Shown: piece by piece, positions 56,349-56,646 of the stretch
Position numbering within the stretch: position 1 is the first letter of the stretch
How the letters are laid out: each line of letters begins with the position of its first letter
Source: an uncultured Clostridium sp.
Lineage (GTDB): Bacteria; Bacillota_I; Bacilli_A; RF39; UBA660
Direction of reading: 5' to 3'
NCBI GenBank assembly: GCA_964612605.1
Contig: CAZTEJ010000001.1
Span: 1-56,646 of the forward strand
Length of the DNA: 56,646 nucleotides
The notes under the pieces: generated by a model
The model's input: the letters and a program-made list of their open reading frames with translations, nothing else
The model's database searches: none
What the model was told of the DNA's origin: nothing
Program-made: the position numbers and the translations under genes

Positions 56349-56503
56349 ATTATTATTTATATCAAAAAAAGACCTACTGCTGGTACAGTAAGTCTAAACC
56401 CATAAAGGGTACACAAATAAAAAATATCAACCACGAAATTCTTTTTTGTGTACCCTTATTATACCAAAATTACTAAATTTTGACAATAAGGAGTGAATAA
56501 AAA

Positions 56504-56646
56504 ATGGATAATAATTTAACTGTTGACAGTTTATTAACCAACTTAACAATTTTTAAAGATTTAACTGCAATTATTAACAATATTAATTGTAATGAAAAAA
56601 TATTAAATGCATCTGCATATTTAAGAGTTAGCACTGATATGCAAAC
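56504..56646 (+). CDS. Large serine recombinase (prophage integrase), N-terminal 47 codons; continues past the right edge
   Basis: AAGGAG RBS. Translation ends ...ASAYLRVSTDMQ, the resolvase/invertase catalytic-serine motif (Y-x-R-V-S-T-x-x-Q). Same orientation as the repressor genes. Confidence 0.75.
   Translation, partial: MDNNLTVDSLLTNLTIFKDLTAIINNINCNEKILNASAYLRVSTDMQ

Larger units (their letters stand above)
25264..56646. mobile_element. Temperate siphovirus-type prophage (HK97-like head module); the right end lies beyond the window
   Basis: Contiguous lysis, tail, head, packaging, replication and lysogeny modules plus a serine recombinase. The left boundary is inferred from the break in the fic reading frame next to the lysin terminator. 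Confidence 0.9.

Noticed and set aside
1-56646. Alternative genetic code (TGA as Trp), considered because of the very low G+C
   Set aside because: Long conserved genes (eno, typA, truA, terminase) are intact under the standard code and use TGG for Trp. TGA also serves as a functional stop in tightly tiled genes, for example at 49932..49934.

Overview
This is 56.6 kb of very AT-rich (about one quarter G+C by eye) Bacillota-type DNA. It reads with the standard bacterial code: TGA is a stop and Trp is TGG. Almost all genes are on the minus strand.

Part 1 (1 to about 25.0 kb) is chromosomal backbone. It holds a wall-teichoic-acid-like glycopolymer cluster: an mnaA fragment, three multidomain GT2/GT4 glycosyltransferases, a TagG/TagH-type ABC exporter, a polytopic-membrane::TagA fusion and TagO. 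After that come an HExxH protein, truA preceded by two degenerate EcfA-like ATPases, a Ctp (S41) protease, secG, eno, a FemAB-family transferase, rubrerythrin, typA/bipA, a YfhO-family membrane protein and a membrane-anchored surface protein.

Part 2 (about 25.26 kb to the right edge, over 31 kb) is a temperate siphovirus-type prophage with HK97-like head genes, oriented right to left. It carries a partial large serine recombinase and two XRE repressors on the plus strand, and a divergent cro-like gene with three GTTCAG-N4-CTGAAC operator palindromes. Next come a DnaD-like replication organiser, a SpoVG homologue, a ParB-domain DNA methyltransferase, MazG and an internal tyrosine recombinase. 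The structural genes run HNH-TerS-TerL-portal-protease-capsid, head-tail joining genes, major tail, a chaperone with a -1 frameshift site, tape measure, Dit, Tal and two fibre genes. A holin/endolysin cassette abuts a 5'-truncated fic gene.

The stand-out feature is a complete diversity-generating retroelement (DGR) between the fibre genes and the lysis cassette. Its order is fibre gene with C-terminal VR (29186..29272), Avd-like ORF, 87-bp TR (28470..28556), spacer, reverse transcriptase (27210..28349). TR and VR differ at 11 positions, and every one is a template adenine. Together the changes recode all nine AAY codons.

No rRNA, tRNA or CRISPR array was recognised.
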